From positions 1-16,480 of the forward strand of contig JBIKLL010000063.1 of NCBI GenBank assembly GCA_044359815.1: a stretch of DNA of 16,480 nt, read 5' to 3'. The stretch comes from Pseudobdellovibrionaceae bacterium. Lineage in GTDB: Bacteria; Bdellovibrionota; Bdellovibrionia; Bdellovibrionales; Bdellovibrionaceae. Under the pieces are notes generated by a model. That model was not told where the DNA came from and did no database searches. It was given only the letters and a program-made list of their open reading frames with translations. The position numbers and the translations under genes were made by a program. This document shows positions 7,667 to 16,479 of the stretch, in pieces (position 1 is the stretch's first letter; every line of letters starts with the position of its first letter).

Positions 7667-9770
7667 TCAACTTGAGGAATTTGAGTTTGATGATCAGATC
7701 GTCAAAATGTTTATGGGGGCAGCCATATTATTTGGCGGAGTCGCGTTTTTGGCTGGGATCTGGGCAGCTCTTCAGATGGCCTATTACCCTGCTAATTTAA
7801 ATCTGCCTTGGATTACTTTTGGAAGGCTAAGGCCCCTGCATACTAATGCGGCGATTTTTGCCTTTGCTGGCAATGTGATTTTTGCGGGGATTTATCATTC
7901 AACACAAAGATTACTTAAAACCAGGTTGTTCAGTGATTCACTGAGCCGGATTCATTTTTGGGGCTGGCAGTTAATTATTTTAGCGGCAGCGATTTCACTG
8001 CCATTAGGTTACAGCCACGGTAAAGAATACGCAGAGCTTGAATGGCCCATTGATATTGGGATTACATTAATCTGGGTTGTGTTTGCAGTTAATTTTTTTG
8101 GAACTATTGCTGTCAGACGTGAAAGACATCTGTATGTGGCTATTTGGTTTTACATAGCAACCATTGTCACAGTTGCCATGCTTCACATTGTGAACAGTCT
8201 TGAAATTCCGGTGTCTATGATGAAGAGTTATCCCATCTGGGCGGGTGTGCAGGATGCGCTGGTGCAGTGGTGGTACGGTCACAATGCTGTGGCGTTTTTT
8301 CTGACCACTCCGTTTTTGGGATTGATGTATTACTATATCCCCAAGGCTGCAAACCGACCGGTTTATTCCTACAAATTATCTATCGTGCATTTTTGGGCTT
8401 TGGTGTTTTTGTATATCTGGGCCGGTCCTCACCATTTGCTGTACACGTCGTTGCCTGAATGGGCTCAGACACTGGGGATGGTGTTTTCATTGATGCTTTG
8501 GGCACCCAGTTGGGGCGGGATGATCAATGGACTTTTGACCCTTCGTGGTTCTTGGCATTTACTCAGAACAGATCCCGTGATCAAATTTTTAGTCACGGCA
8601 GTTACGTTTTATGCGATGACGACCTTTGAAGGTCCATTGTTATCTATCAAATCCATCAACAGTTTGGCTCACTACACTGATTGGATTATCGGACACGTTC
8701 ATGGTGGAGCTTTGGGATGGAATGGGTTTTTAGCCTTTGGAATGTTTTATTATTTAGTTCCAAAACTGTGGGGCACAAAGCTTTATTCAATCAAACTGGC
8801 CAACGCACATTTTTGGACAGGGACTTTGGGTATTTTGCTTTATTATATTTCCATGTGGGCTGCGGGGATCACTCAAGGACTCATGTTACGAGGAATCACT
8901 GCTGATGGCAGGCTTCAGTATCCTGATTTTGTTGAAACAGTCACACGGATTATTCCGCTGTATTGGGTTCGCTTAGTTGGTGGATTGCTGTTTTTTATCG
9001 GTTTTGTCATCATGGTTTACAATTTATATAAAACCATTAAACAACCTGCGACTGAACCTATCCAGAAAAAAGCAAAAGCAGTTAATCAACTTAAAATGGC
9101 TGCCACTGAAACTAAAGGTCACAGAAAGCTTGAGGGTTTAGGCGCTGTGTTTACAACCCTGGCACTTTTGGCTGTTGTGGTCGGTAGTGTGATCGAAATT
9201 TATCCAACCTTAAATTTAAAAAAATATTTACCAACAGAAATCAAGGTTAAGCCCTACACGGCTCTGGAAATTGCAGGTAGGGATATTTATATCCGAGAAG
9301 GTTGCTACGTTTGCCATTCTCAGCAAATCAGACCGATGACCAGCGAAGTTTTAAGGTATGGACCTGCATCGACATTAGAAGAATCAATGTATGACAGACC
9401 TTTTCAGTGGGGATCCAAAAGGACAGGGCCTGATTTGGCTCGGGTTGGTAAAAAGTATCCTGATTTGTGGCATTACAAACACATGATCAATCCCAGAGAG
9501 ATCATTCAAAATTCCTTGATGCCGGCTTATCCATGGCTGGTCACTGATAATACGGATTTTTTGATACTCAGAAAGAAATTATCTGTGATGAAAATGTTGG
9601 GAGTTCCCTACGACGATGAAACTGTAGCGCAAGCAGATATCAAAGCTGCCGAACAGGCCGAAAAAATTGCTGCTGAGCTGGCTTCCCAAGGAGCACCAGC
9701 GGGATTGGCTAAAAAACAAATTGTTGCCTTGATTGCATATCTGCAGTCACTCGGACAGAAAGGAAATTAA
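7653..9770 (+). CDS. ccoNO: cbb3-type cytochrome c oxidase fused subunit I/II
   Basis: FGRLRPLHTNAAIFAF, WWYGHNAVAFFLT, WAGPHHL, IGHVHGGALGW (CcoN), then GRDIYIREGCYVCHSQ and WGSKRTGPDLAR (CcoO) in one frame. AGGAG at 7642-7646 favours a GTG start at 7653 or 7656 over ATG 7587. Confidence 0.97.
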   Translation: MVNNNQLEEFEFDDQIVKMFMGAAILFGGVAFLAGIWAALQMAYYPANLNLPWITFGRLRPLHTNAAIFAFAGNVIFAGIYHSTQRLLKTRLFSDSLSRIHFWGWQLIILAAAISLPLGYSHGKEYAELEWPIDIGITLIWVVFAVNFFGTIAVRRERHLYVAIWFYIATIVTVAMLHIVNSLEIPVSMMKSYPIWAGVQDALVQWWYGHNAVAFFLTTPFLGLMYYYIPKAANRPVYSYKLSIVHFWALVFLYIWAGPHHLLYTSLPEWAQTLGMVFSLMLWAPSWGGMINGLLTLRGSWHLLRTDPVIKFLVTAVTFYAMTTFEGPLLSIKSINSLAHYTDWIIGHVHGGALGWNGFLAFGMFYYLVPKLWGTKLYSIKLANAHFWTGTLGILLYYISMWAAGITQGLMLRGITADGRLQYPDFVETVTRIIPLYWVRLVGGLLFFIGFVIMVYNLYKTIKQPATEPIQKKAKAVNQLKMAATETKGHRKLEGLGAVFTTLALLAVVVGSVIEIYPTLNLKKYLPTEIKVKPYTALEIAGRDIYIREGCYVCHSQQIRPMTSEVLRYGPASTLEESMYDRPFQWGSKRTGPDLARVGKKYPDLWHYKHMINPREIIQNSLMPAYPWLVTDNTDFLILRKKLSVMKMLGVPYDDETVAQADIKAAEQAEKIAAELASQGAPAGLAKKQIVALIAYLQSLGQKGN

Positions 9771-9772
9771 AT

Positions 9773-9946
9773 ATGATGCGCGAAGGACTGACTTATTTTT
9801 CGGACACCCAGATTGTGATGGCTGGGTTTATATTTTTCTTTATATTTTTTCTGTCGACAATTGCTTGGTGTTTTAGGCCCTCTGCCAACGAACTGTACGA
9901 CAAATGTTCAAAATTTCCACTAGAAGAAGGGGAGCTTTATGAGTGA
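9773..9946 (+). CDS. ccoQ: cbb3 oxidase small subunit CcoQ/FixQ, 57 aa
   Basis: Manual translation MMREGLTYFSDTQIVMAGFIFFFIFFLSTIAWCFRPSANELYDKCSKFPLEEGELYE; one TM helix plus a Y-x6-PL tail; fills the gap between ccoO and ccoP and overlaps the ccoP start. Confidence 0.85.
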   Translation: MMREGLTYFSDTQIVMAGFIFFFIFFLSTIAWCFRPSANELYDKCSKFPLEEGELYE

Positions 9947-10490
9947 TGAAAATAATTTGTTGGATCATAACTATGATGGCATTCAAGAGTACGATAACCC
10001 TCTGCCTAATTGGTGGTTAGTGACTTTCTATGCCACGATTATTTTTGGATTTCTTTATTGGATTCATTACGAATTCGGTGGTGCAGCCACTCAGGCCAAG
10101 GAACTTGCTGTGGCTCTGGAGGAAATTGAAAAAGCAAAAGCTTCCAGTGATAATTCTGCTGTTGCTGAAGCTCCTCACGGTGGTCCGGCAACTCCTGATG
10201 AAATCAAAGAAGGCCGTGTGGTGTATGCTCAAAAATGTGGGCCCTGTCATGGTGATCAGGGGCAGGGTGTGATTGGTCCCAACCTGGCTGATAATTTTTG
10301 GATCAGCGGCAAGGGCACCGAGGCAGAAATTAGAAAAGTGGTGGCTAAAGGTGTTGCTGACAAGGGTATGCCTGCTTGGGAAGCTTTGTTATCCAGGGAA
10401 GAACTGCAGGATGTGGTGTTGTATGTGGTGTCCCTTAAGGGATCTAATCCACCTAATCCGAAAGCGCCTCAGGGAACGGAAGTAAAATAA
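9939..10490 (+). CDS. ccoP: cbb3 oxidase subunit III, monohaem cytochrome c
   Basis: HNYDGIQEYDNPLPNWW N-terminal signature; single CGPCH; IGPNL; GMPAW. Confidence 0.95.
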   Translation: MSDENNLLDHNYDGIQEYDNPLPNWWLVTFYATIIFGFLYWIHYEFGGAATQAKELAVALEEIEKAKASSDNSAVAEAPHGGPATPDEIKEGRVVYAQKCGPCHGDQGQGVIGPNLADNFWISGKGTEAEIRKVVAKGVADKGMPAWEALLSREELQDVVLYVVSLKGSNPPNPKAPQGTEVK

Positions 10491-10492
10491 AT

Positions 10493-11824
10493 ATGTCACA
10501 AGAGGGGCTTAATAATTTAGACGATTTTGGCCACAGGATTAATATCATTCCTGCCGAGGTTAAGGGTTATTACCATGATCGCAGGTTTTGGTTTCAGTGG
10601 TTTTTAATCGTTGTGTTTTTGGCAATTCCTTGGATTCATATCAATGGCAGTCAATTGATACTGCTGAATCTGCCAGATCGAAAATTTTCTTTTTTTGGGT
10701 ACACTTTTTTGGCCCATGATGGTCCCCTTGTGTTTTTGATTTTAGCAATTTTGACTTTGGGATTGGCTTTGATGACGTCGGTTTTTGGAAGGGCTTGGTG
10801 TGGCTGGGGCTGCCCGCAAACTGTTTTCATTGAACGCATTTACCGTGGGATTGAGATTCTGGTTGAGGGCAAATACATTCAGCGCCGTAAGCTCTACAAG
10901 CAAGAAATGAATCTGGAAAAATTAACGAAAACCATGATCAAGTGGTTTTTGTTTTTTGTGGTCTCGTCACTGATTGCACACAGTTTTATTGCTTATTTTG
11001 CTGGATCAAAAGAACTGACTCGTATGGTGCTAAGCAATCATCCGCAAGATAACTGGGCGTATTTTTTAATCATCAGTGGAATGACTGTTGTTTTGTTGTT
11101 TGATTTTGGATGGTTCAGGGAACAGTTTTGCATCATCATGTGTCCCTACGGCAGGTTTCAGTCAGTGCTGATGGACGAGGATTCTTTGGCCATTATGTAT
11201 GATGAAAAACGCGGTGACTGTGTTCAATGCAACAGATGCGTGCAGGTCTGCCCAACGGGTATTGATATCAGAAAAGGCCTGCAGATGGAATGCATTGCCT
11301 GCACTGCCTGTGCGGATGCCTGCGATGAAATTATGGTTAAGGTCAACAAACCCAAAAAACTGATTAGCTACAATTCAATCAGCCAAAAGGGCGTTGTGTT
11401 CTTAAAACCCCGGGTTCTTGTTTATGGACTAATCATCCTGGTCAGTATCATTGTTCTGACCACCAATGTGGCCAGGCGGAGTCCCTATTACGCATCATTG
11501 TTAAGGGCCAAGGACATTCCTTACCAAATTTTAAATGATGGCAAAATTTTGAATCATTTAAAGATTCATATTTTAAATCAATCAAAAGCCCCTCAAGAAT
11601 TTGAAATTATGCTTCCCGAGGATTTAAAGGGTAAGGGCATAACAGTGACTGTTCCTAATCAAACTATTTTGACCGAAGCGGGTGCAGAAAGCACAGTGCA
11701 TTTTTTTGTGATGTTTCCAAGGGAAGTCCTAAACCAAGGGGCGCTGGAAGTTAGTTTCACTATCAACGAAAAGCTCACAGGAATCATAGAGCAAAAAATT
11801 GTGACCCTGTCTGGTCCGATTTGA
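10493..11824 (+). CDS. ccoG: 4Fe-4S membrane accessory protein CcoG/FixG
   Basis: GRAWCGWGCPQTVF, REQFCIIMCPYGRFQ, CVQCNRCVQVCP, CIACTACADAC. Confidence 0.95.
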   Translation: MSQEGLNNLDDFGHRINIIPAEVKGYYHDRRFWFQWFLIVVFLAIPWIHINGSQLILLNLPDRKFSFFGYTFLAHDGPLVFLILAILTLGLALMTSVFGRAWCGWGCPQTVFIERIYRGIEILVEGKYIQRRKLYKQEMNLEKLTKTMIKWFLFFVVSSLIAHSFIAYFAGSKELTRMVLSNHPQDNWAYFLIISGMTVVLLFDFGWFREQFCIIMCPYGRFQSVLMDEDSLAIMYDEKRGDCVQCNRCVQVCPTGIDIRKGLQMECIACTACADACDEIMVKVNKPKKLISYNSISQKGVVFLKPRVLVYGLIILVSIIVLTTNVARRSPYYASLLRAKDIPYQILNDGKILNHLKIHILNQSKAPQEFEIMLPEDLKGKGITVTVPNQTILTEAGAESTVHFFVMFPREVLNQGALEVSFTINEKLTGIIEQKIVTLSGPI

Positions 11825-11869
11825 TACTGGGTCAGTCAGATTCTGAAACACCTCCATCTAAGGATGAAT

Positions 11870-11888
11870 CACTCAAGCTATTTGAGTG
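11870..11888. other. Perfect 7-bp inverted repeat downstream of ccoG (weak terminator or protein-binding site)
   Basis: CACTCAA-gctat-TTGAGTG; no U-tract. Confidence 0.35.
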
Positions 11889-11918
11889 TATCAAAATGAG
11901 AAACTATGCTTTAGTGAC

Positions 11919-11945
11919 TAAATTATTACCTAAGTCTGCCGATAG
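11919..11945 (+). promoter_or_regulatory. sigma28 (FliA) promoter
   Basis: TAAA(11919-22)-N15-GCCGATAG(11938-45) versus consensus TAAA-N15-GCCGATAA. Confidence 0.75.
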
Positions 11946-11952
11946 GTATTAC

Positions 11953-12237
11953 ATGATGAAGTTAATACTTGTAGGTTTACTAGGTCTCGCACTAACGGCT
12001 TGTTCGGCCAGCAGTAGCGTTGAGGATTTAACCGTGCGAGAAAAGATAACTCACCCAGGGGTAGCAAGAGGCTTGGTGTCCGCGGCTCAATCTGAGTTCA
12101 CGGTTGATGGATACAGGGTTTCCACATCGGCAGGTTATTTCGCTAACGGGACTTACAAAAAGGTCAAAGGCTATTCGGTCTACACTTCGCTTTCCGGAGC
12201 CTTGGCCGCTGACACTTACGAAGAACAAATCAAATAG
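11953..12237 (+). CDS. Small lipoprotein of unknown function (about 94 aa)
   Basis: MMKLILVGLLGLALTA|C lipobox; real start is ATG 11953 or 11956, not TTG 11821, since the sigma28 promoter lies in between. Confidence 0.75.
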   Translation: MMKLILVGLLGLALTACSASSSVEDLTVREKITHPGVARGLVSAAQSEFTVDGYRVSTSAGYFANGTYKKVKGYSVYTSLSGALAADTYEEQIK

Positions 12238-12265
12238 AAATTTACCGCAGACAAGTGAGTCAGTG

Positions 12266-13393
12266 CTAAAGTTCAATCACAAAACAAGTGTGATTTTCGG
12301 AATCATCGTAATACAGTTTGCCGCCGTGATTTTTAATCAGATTTTGCGAAATCGACAATCCCAGCCCTGTGCCGTATTGAACCCGTTTGGTCGAAAAAAA
12401 CGGCTGAAACAATTTCTGTCTGATATTTTCAGGGATGCTATCTCCAGAATCACAGATTCGAATGCGCAATTTGTTTTGACCTTCAGTGGCTTCGTTCCGA
12501 GCAGTCAGCCTGATCCATTTTTCAGTTTTGTTGGCAATAGCGTCCGAGGCATTGTTTAGCAGGTTCACTAAAACCTGCACTAATTGATGGGGTCTGCAAT
12601 TGATGGTCATATCAGGGCTTAAAAATTCGGTCTTTAGATCAATGCCATGATTTTTAAATCTCTCTTGGCAAAGACTTAAAGATTCTTCAAAAATCTGATT
12701 CACGCTGTAGGGTTCCAGTTCTCCTTCGTCTTGTTGGTGGGCAAGCGACCTCATGCTTTTTACGATTTTTTCAATCCTGCGTCCTGTGGTTTCAATATTG
12801 GAAACGATTCCGCGGATGGTATCAGTATCCAGCTTGCCGGTATTTAAGACGTTGTTAAGCATTTCACAGCGGCCTAAAATCACAGCCAATGGGTTATTGA
12901 TTTCGTGAGTGATGGCTGCAGCCATTTCGCCAATAGCGCTCAGTCTTGATGAATTCACTAATTGCATTTGTTGGTTTAAAACTTGTTCTTGAATTTTCTT
13001 AAGCTCAGTGATGTCTTGTCTGATGGCCAGATACTGATAGGGTCTTCTGGTTTCATCCAAAAACGGCACAATAGTTGTGTTCACCCAATAAAGCTTTCCT
13101 GTTTTGGTTTTATTGCAGATTTCACCCCGCCAGATTTGACCTGACTGAATGGTTTCCCACAAAATATGAAAATAGTTTTTTGAATGTGTTTTTGAGTTCA
13201 CCAGTCTGTGATCTTTACCGATCAGTTCCTCGCGATTAAACCCAGAAATCTGACAGAATTTATCATTAACAGATACGATTTTTCCCTTGGAGTCAGTCAT
13301 CGCCACAATGGCGGCTTGATCCAAGGCGTACTTTTGATCGCTCAATTCTTTTAATAGATTACGATTGTGCCTAGCTATAATATCCATATTCAT
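12266..13393 (-). CDS. Soluble PAS-PAC sensor histidine kinase (NtrB-like HisKA/HATPase)
   Basis: PAS: AIVAMTD...VNDKFCQISGFNREELIG...LWETIQSGQIWRGEICNKTKTGKLYWV; H box HEINNPL; N box QVLVNLLNNA; G2 GTGLGLSI; no TM segment. Confidence 0.95.
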   Translation of the reverse strand: MNMDIIARHNRNLLKELSDQKYALDQAAIVAMTDSKGKIVSVNDKFCQISGFNREELIGKDHRLVNSKTHSKNYFHILWETIQSGQIWRGEICNKTKTGKLYWVNTTIVPFLDETRRPYQYLAIRQDITELKKIQEQVLNQQMQLVNSSRLSAIGEMAAAITHEINNPLAVILGRCEMLNNVLNTGKLDTDTIRGIVSNIETTGRRIEKIVKSMRSLAHQQDEGELEPYSVNQIFEESLSLCQERFKNHGIDLKTEFLSPDMTINCRPHQLVQVLVNLLNNASDAIANKTEKWIRLTARNEATEGQNKLRIRICDSGDSIPENIRQKLFQPFFSTKRVQYGTGLGLSISQNLIKNHGGKLYYDDSENHTCFVIEL

Positions 13394-13482
13394 CCATATT
13401 GCTTAGCCAAAATATTCCACATCATCCATAGTACATCTTGGATTCCCAGGTTGATAGCATTTCTGAGGTTCTTAACAAAACC

Positions 13483-13497
13483 GAGTCTAATTGTCCC
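13483..13497. promoter_or_regulatory. Candidate regulator-binding site in the kinase/regulator divergent region
   Basis: GAGTCTAATTGTCCC, similar to both sites upstream of ccoI. Confidence 0.35.
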
Positions 13498-13560
13498 GAA
13501 CAAAATAATTCTCATGCCTGGCAATCCCTGTTGTGTTAGATCTGAATCAGTGAGGTAACC

Positions 13561-15018
13561 ATGGATAAAAATTCAAGAGGCTTTATAGTAGTTATCGACG
13601 ATGATCCTGAAATGCGATCAATGTTATTTGATCATTTCAAAATTGAGGGTTTTCACGTTAAGCCCTTTGATGACGCCAAGGTCGCCATGGAATTTCTGTG
13701 CGGAGGCTCGCCAGAGGCTCAGTCTGTGGATCTGGTTATAACAGATATCCGCATGCCTGAAATCGATGGCATGACCGTTCTCAGAAACTACAAAGCCCAT
13801 CGTTCCAACGTACCTGTGATTTTAATCACTGCACATGCGAGCGTTGAAAGCGCCATAGAGGGATTGCGTAAAGGGGCTTTTGATTACATCACTAAGCCAT
13901 TTAAGTTAAACGAGGTCACCTTTGTGGCAGAAAGAGCTGTGACCTTTGGCAGGCTTCAGCGGCAAAACACGGCCTTAACCCAAGAAATCAAACAGTCTTG
14001 GTCACTAAGCGAAGTCATTGGTAAAAGTCTTGCGATGCGATCGATTTTTGATTTGATCGAAAGGATTGCTCCTGCGAATTCTAATGTTTTGATCACAGGC
14101 GAAAGCGGTACGGGTAAAGAAGTTGTGGCTAAGGCCATTCATAATCGCAGCAACCGTGCTGGTAAATCTTTTGTAGCCATCAATTGCACGGCGATTCCTG
14201 AAAATCTGTTAGAGAGCGAATTATTTGGACATGCAAAAGGTTCTTTTACCGGAGCCGTGTCAACCAAAAAGGGTTTGTTCGAAGAAGCTGATGGGGGGAC
14301 TTTATTTTTAGATGAAATCGGTGACATGGATTTAAGTCTGCAGTCAAAACTATTGCGGGTTCTGCAAGAGCGTAAAATCAGACCAGTTGGTGATAACCAA
14401 TCAAAAGACATAAATGTCAGAGTGATCGCTGCGACTCACAAGGATCTTAAAAAAGCCATTCAGAATGGAACTTTTCGTGAGGACTTGTATTACAGACTGG
14501 CAGTGATTCCAATAGTGGTTCCACCACTTAGGCACAGGCCTGAAGATATTCCTCATCTGGCCCAACATTTTTTAATGAAATATTCACTTTTAAACGGTGG
14601 CAAAGTAAATGGATTTTCCGAGGAAGCCATGCACAGATTGATAACTATGTCTTGGCCTGGAAACGTTAGGGAGCTTGAAAATTTAATCGAAAGAGTGGTC
14701 GTGTTGACATCTCATTCGGTCATACAGCTTTCGGATATTCCCAGTCCTGAAATGCAAACCATCGAAAACTTTTTTGGACAGGCTGTGCAGGATTATCCAA
14801 CCTTGGAAGACCTTGAAAAGCGTTACATCCGGGTGATCTTAGAAAAAACAGGTGGTCGCAAGGAAAAGGCTTCACAGATTTTGGGGATCAACAGGCGGAC
14901 TCTTTACAGAAAAGAGCGCGAATACGGGTTTGTATCTGCCGAAGATCACCATGATGACGAAAAATCCTCTGCGGCCCAAACGGATTCAAGCGAATCGATG
15001 CACTCAAAACACGACTGA
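13561..15018 (+). CDS. sigma54-dependent response regulator (NtrC/AtoC/ZraR family: REC-AAA+-Fis HTH)
   Basis: IDDD, TDIRMP (phospho-Asp), GESGTGKE, ESELFGHAKGSFTGA, FLDEIG, FREDLYYRL, WPGNVREL, ASQILGINRRTLYRK; GAGGT SD. Confidence 0.96.
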   Translation: MDKNSRGFIVVIDDDPEMRSMLFDHFKIEGFHVKPFDDAKVAMEFLCGGSPEAQSVDLVITDIRMPEIDGMTVLRNYKAHRSNVPVILITAHASVESAIEGLRKGAFDYITKPFKLNEVTFVAERAVTFGRLQRQNTALTQEIKQSWSLSEVIGKSLAMRSIFDLIERIAPANSNVLITGESGTGKEVVAKAIHNRSNRAGKSFVAINCTAIPENLLESELFGHAKGSFTGAVSTKKGLFEEADGGTLFLDEIGDMDLSLQSKLLRVLQERKIRPVGDNQSKDINVRVIAATHKDLKKAIQNGTFREDLYYRLAVIPIVVPPLRHRPEDIPHLAQHFLMKYSLLNGGKVNGFSEEAMHRLITMSWPGNVRELENLIERVVVLTSHSVIQLSDIPSPEMQTIENFFGQAVQDYPTLEDLEKRYIRVILEKTGGRKEKASQILGINRRTLYRKEREYGFVSAEDHHDDEKSSAAQTDSSESMHSKHD

Positions 15019-15055
15019 TCACCATTCAAAGCTAATCCAGTTGCAAAAGTCACCA

Positions 15056-15239
15056 AAGCCAGCTGAATTTAGGGAAATACAAATTTAAAAACATATCTTT
15101 TCCTTTTTAAATAGGTCCTCTGCGGCGGCGGGGGCTTGCCCGAGCAAACTGCGCAGCGATACTAAACTAAGAGCTGTGACCTATTTAAAAAGGAAAAGAT
15201 ATGTTTTTAAATTTGTATTTCCCTAAAATCAGCTGGCTT
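15056..15239. repeat. Long inverted repeat: 62-bp arms (61/62) around a 60-nt core
   Basis: 15056-15117 is the reverse complement of 15178-15239 with one mismatch; lies between two convergent stop codons. Confidence 0.97.
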
Positions 15240-15249
15240 GGGCAATGCT

Positions 15250-16479
15250 TTAAAACACCAACTGCAGCAAGACAGTTCCCAGATTAAAGATATTAAAGTA
15301 TCCACCTTTAAAAATCACAGCTTCAATTCCCTGAAGCAGCATAAGGGTGGTGAATAACACTGGAAGCTTGTTTTCCACCTCTGATTTAAGAGGGGCAAAA
15401 TAAAATGGCACCAGGGTAAAGCAATGCCATGGCCTGACCTCGGGTGTGTTAAACAAAAATATCATCATGGGCACAAAAAACAAAAACATAATCCATGAGT
15501 TTAAAAAAGCATTGGTCATTAAGAATAGACCGATAGGTACGGCCAGTAAGGACAAAGCCAAGCTGGGATTGGTCATCATTAAATTTATGGGATCAAAGGT
15601 TTTCCAAAAGGGTAGTATCCATAAAAAGGTCATCAAATTAAAACAACTGATAACAAACATCAGGAAAAGGGGTTTGAGATATTTTTGAATCATGGATTTA
15701 ATCAGCCACAGCTTTTTAGATTTTATAACGTACAGTAAGGCCGCCAATGGGATTCCAACATACCATAGGGTCCTAAAGTGAAAACAAAATGCCAGCAGAA
15801 AAAACAGCAAACAAAAAAACAATGATTTTTCAGTGGGATTCTGTTGGACCCAATTAAACGACAGTAAAACAAAAAACAAAAATACTGGGTCAAACAATCC
15901 AATGGATGACTGGGACAGAAATCCCACAATTAAAAAAAATGAATACACAAAGCTGTTTTTTAAAAACAAAGGCTCATAAACTTTTAGCAATATTAAAATA
16001 AACAAAGTAGACAGTAAATAAAGCTGCAGAATTAAAAATGTGCTCAGATCAATTAGATTGTGATTGATTTTAAAAAACAGGGCGGCCGGTAACACATATA
16101 AAAACGATCCCAAGGGATAGGGTCTTGGGAACATCGCCCAATTGATAAATAAAACTTGCCCGTGAGGTTTTGATTGGCAAACAAATTTTTGATCATAGGA
16201 AGCTATGTTAAATTTTTGGATAAACTCTAATACTTCTGGTGAATCATGTATGTTGCAGATTTCCTGAATCGGTTTTTTCCAAATATCTGTGCCGGCTTCT
16301 AGTAACAGTAGGGCTGCTGAGGCTTGTGATATATGATCGGTAAAATCACCGTTGGTTTTGTGTGTGGGGTGTCCGTTTTTTAAGTTTGCAACCAACATGA
16401 TTATGGCAAAAATCAATGCGATGGCTTGAATTAATTTTCCCTCAGATGATTTGCAAATCAATGGCAAAGATCCCCCCAT
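15250..16479 (-). CDS. Polytopic membrane protein, possibly GT-C-like glycosyltransferase; true start may lie beyond the window
   Basis: 409-codon ORF with an N-terminal TM, soluble loop (FTDH, WAMFPRPYPLG) and many hydrophobic helices. The GT-C assignment is by topology only. Confidence 0.65.
   Translation of the reverse strand: MGGSLPLICKSSEGKLIQAIALIFAIIMLVANLKNGHPTHKTNGDFTDHISQASAALLLLEAGTDIWKKPIQEICNIHDSPEVLEFIQKFNIASYDQKFVCQSKPHGQVLFINWAMFPRPYPLGSFLYVLPAALFFKINHNLIDLSTFLILQLYLLSTLFILILLKVYEPLFLKNSFVYSFFLIVGFLSQSSIGLFDPVFLFFVLLSFNWVQQNPTEKSLFFCLLFFLLAFCFHFRTLWYVGIPLAALLYVIKSKKLWLIKSMIQKYLKPLFLMFVISCFNLMTFLWILPFWKTFDPINLMMTNPSLALSLLAVPIGLFLMTNAFLNSWIMFLFFVPMMIFLFNTPEVRPWHCFTLVPFYFAPLKSEVENKLPVLFTTLMLLQGIEAVIFKGGYFNIFNLGTVLLQLVF

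Noticed and set aside
11821..11952. N-terminal extension of the lipoprotein ORF
   Set aside because: Would bury the signal peptide and overlaps the sigma28 promoter.
13518..13535. sigma54 promoter before the response regulator (CTGGCAATCCCTGTTGTG)
   Set aside because: No GC at the required GG-N10-GC spacing.
14230..14260. GSFTGA instead of GAFTGA as a sign of a sigma54-independent regulator
   Set aside because: GSFTGA is a common functional variant; the key F and T are retained.
15056..15239. Retron msr-msd with a1/a2 arms
   Set aside because: No reverse transcriptase nearby, and the 60-nt core is short for msr plus msd.
1105..15929. Remaining short ORFs in the track (e.g. 1105-1308, 1766-1957, 2095-2328, 3842-4027, 4163-4375, 7373-7609, 12104-12559, 13367-13558, 14139-14411, 15446-15688)
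   Set aside because: Antisense or off-frame shadows of well-supported genes or the tRNA, or intergenic low-complexity frames with no SD or motifs.
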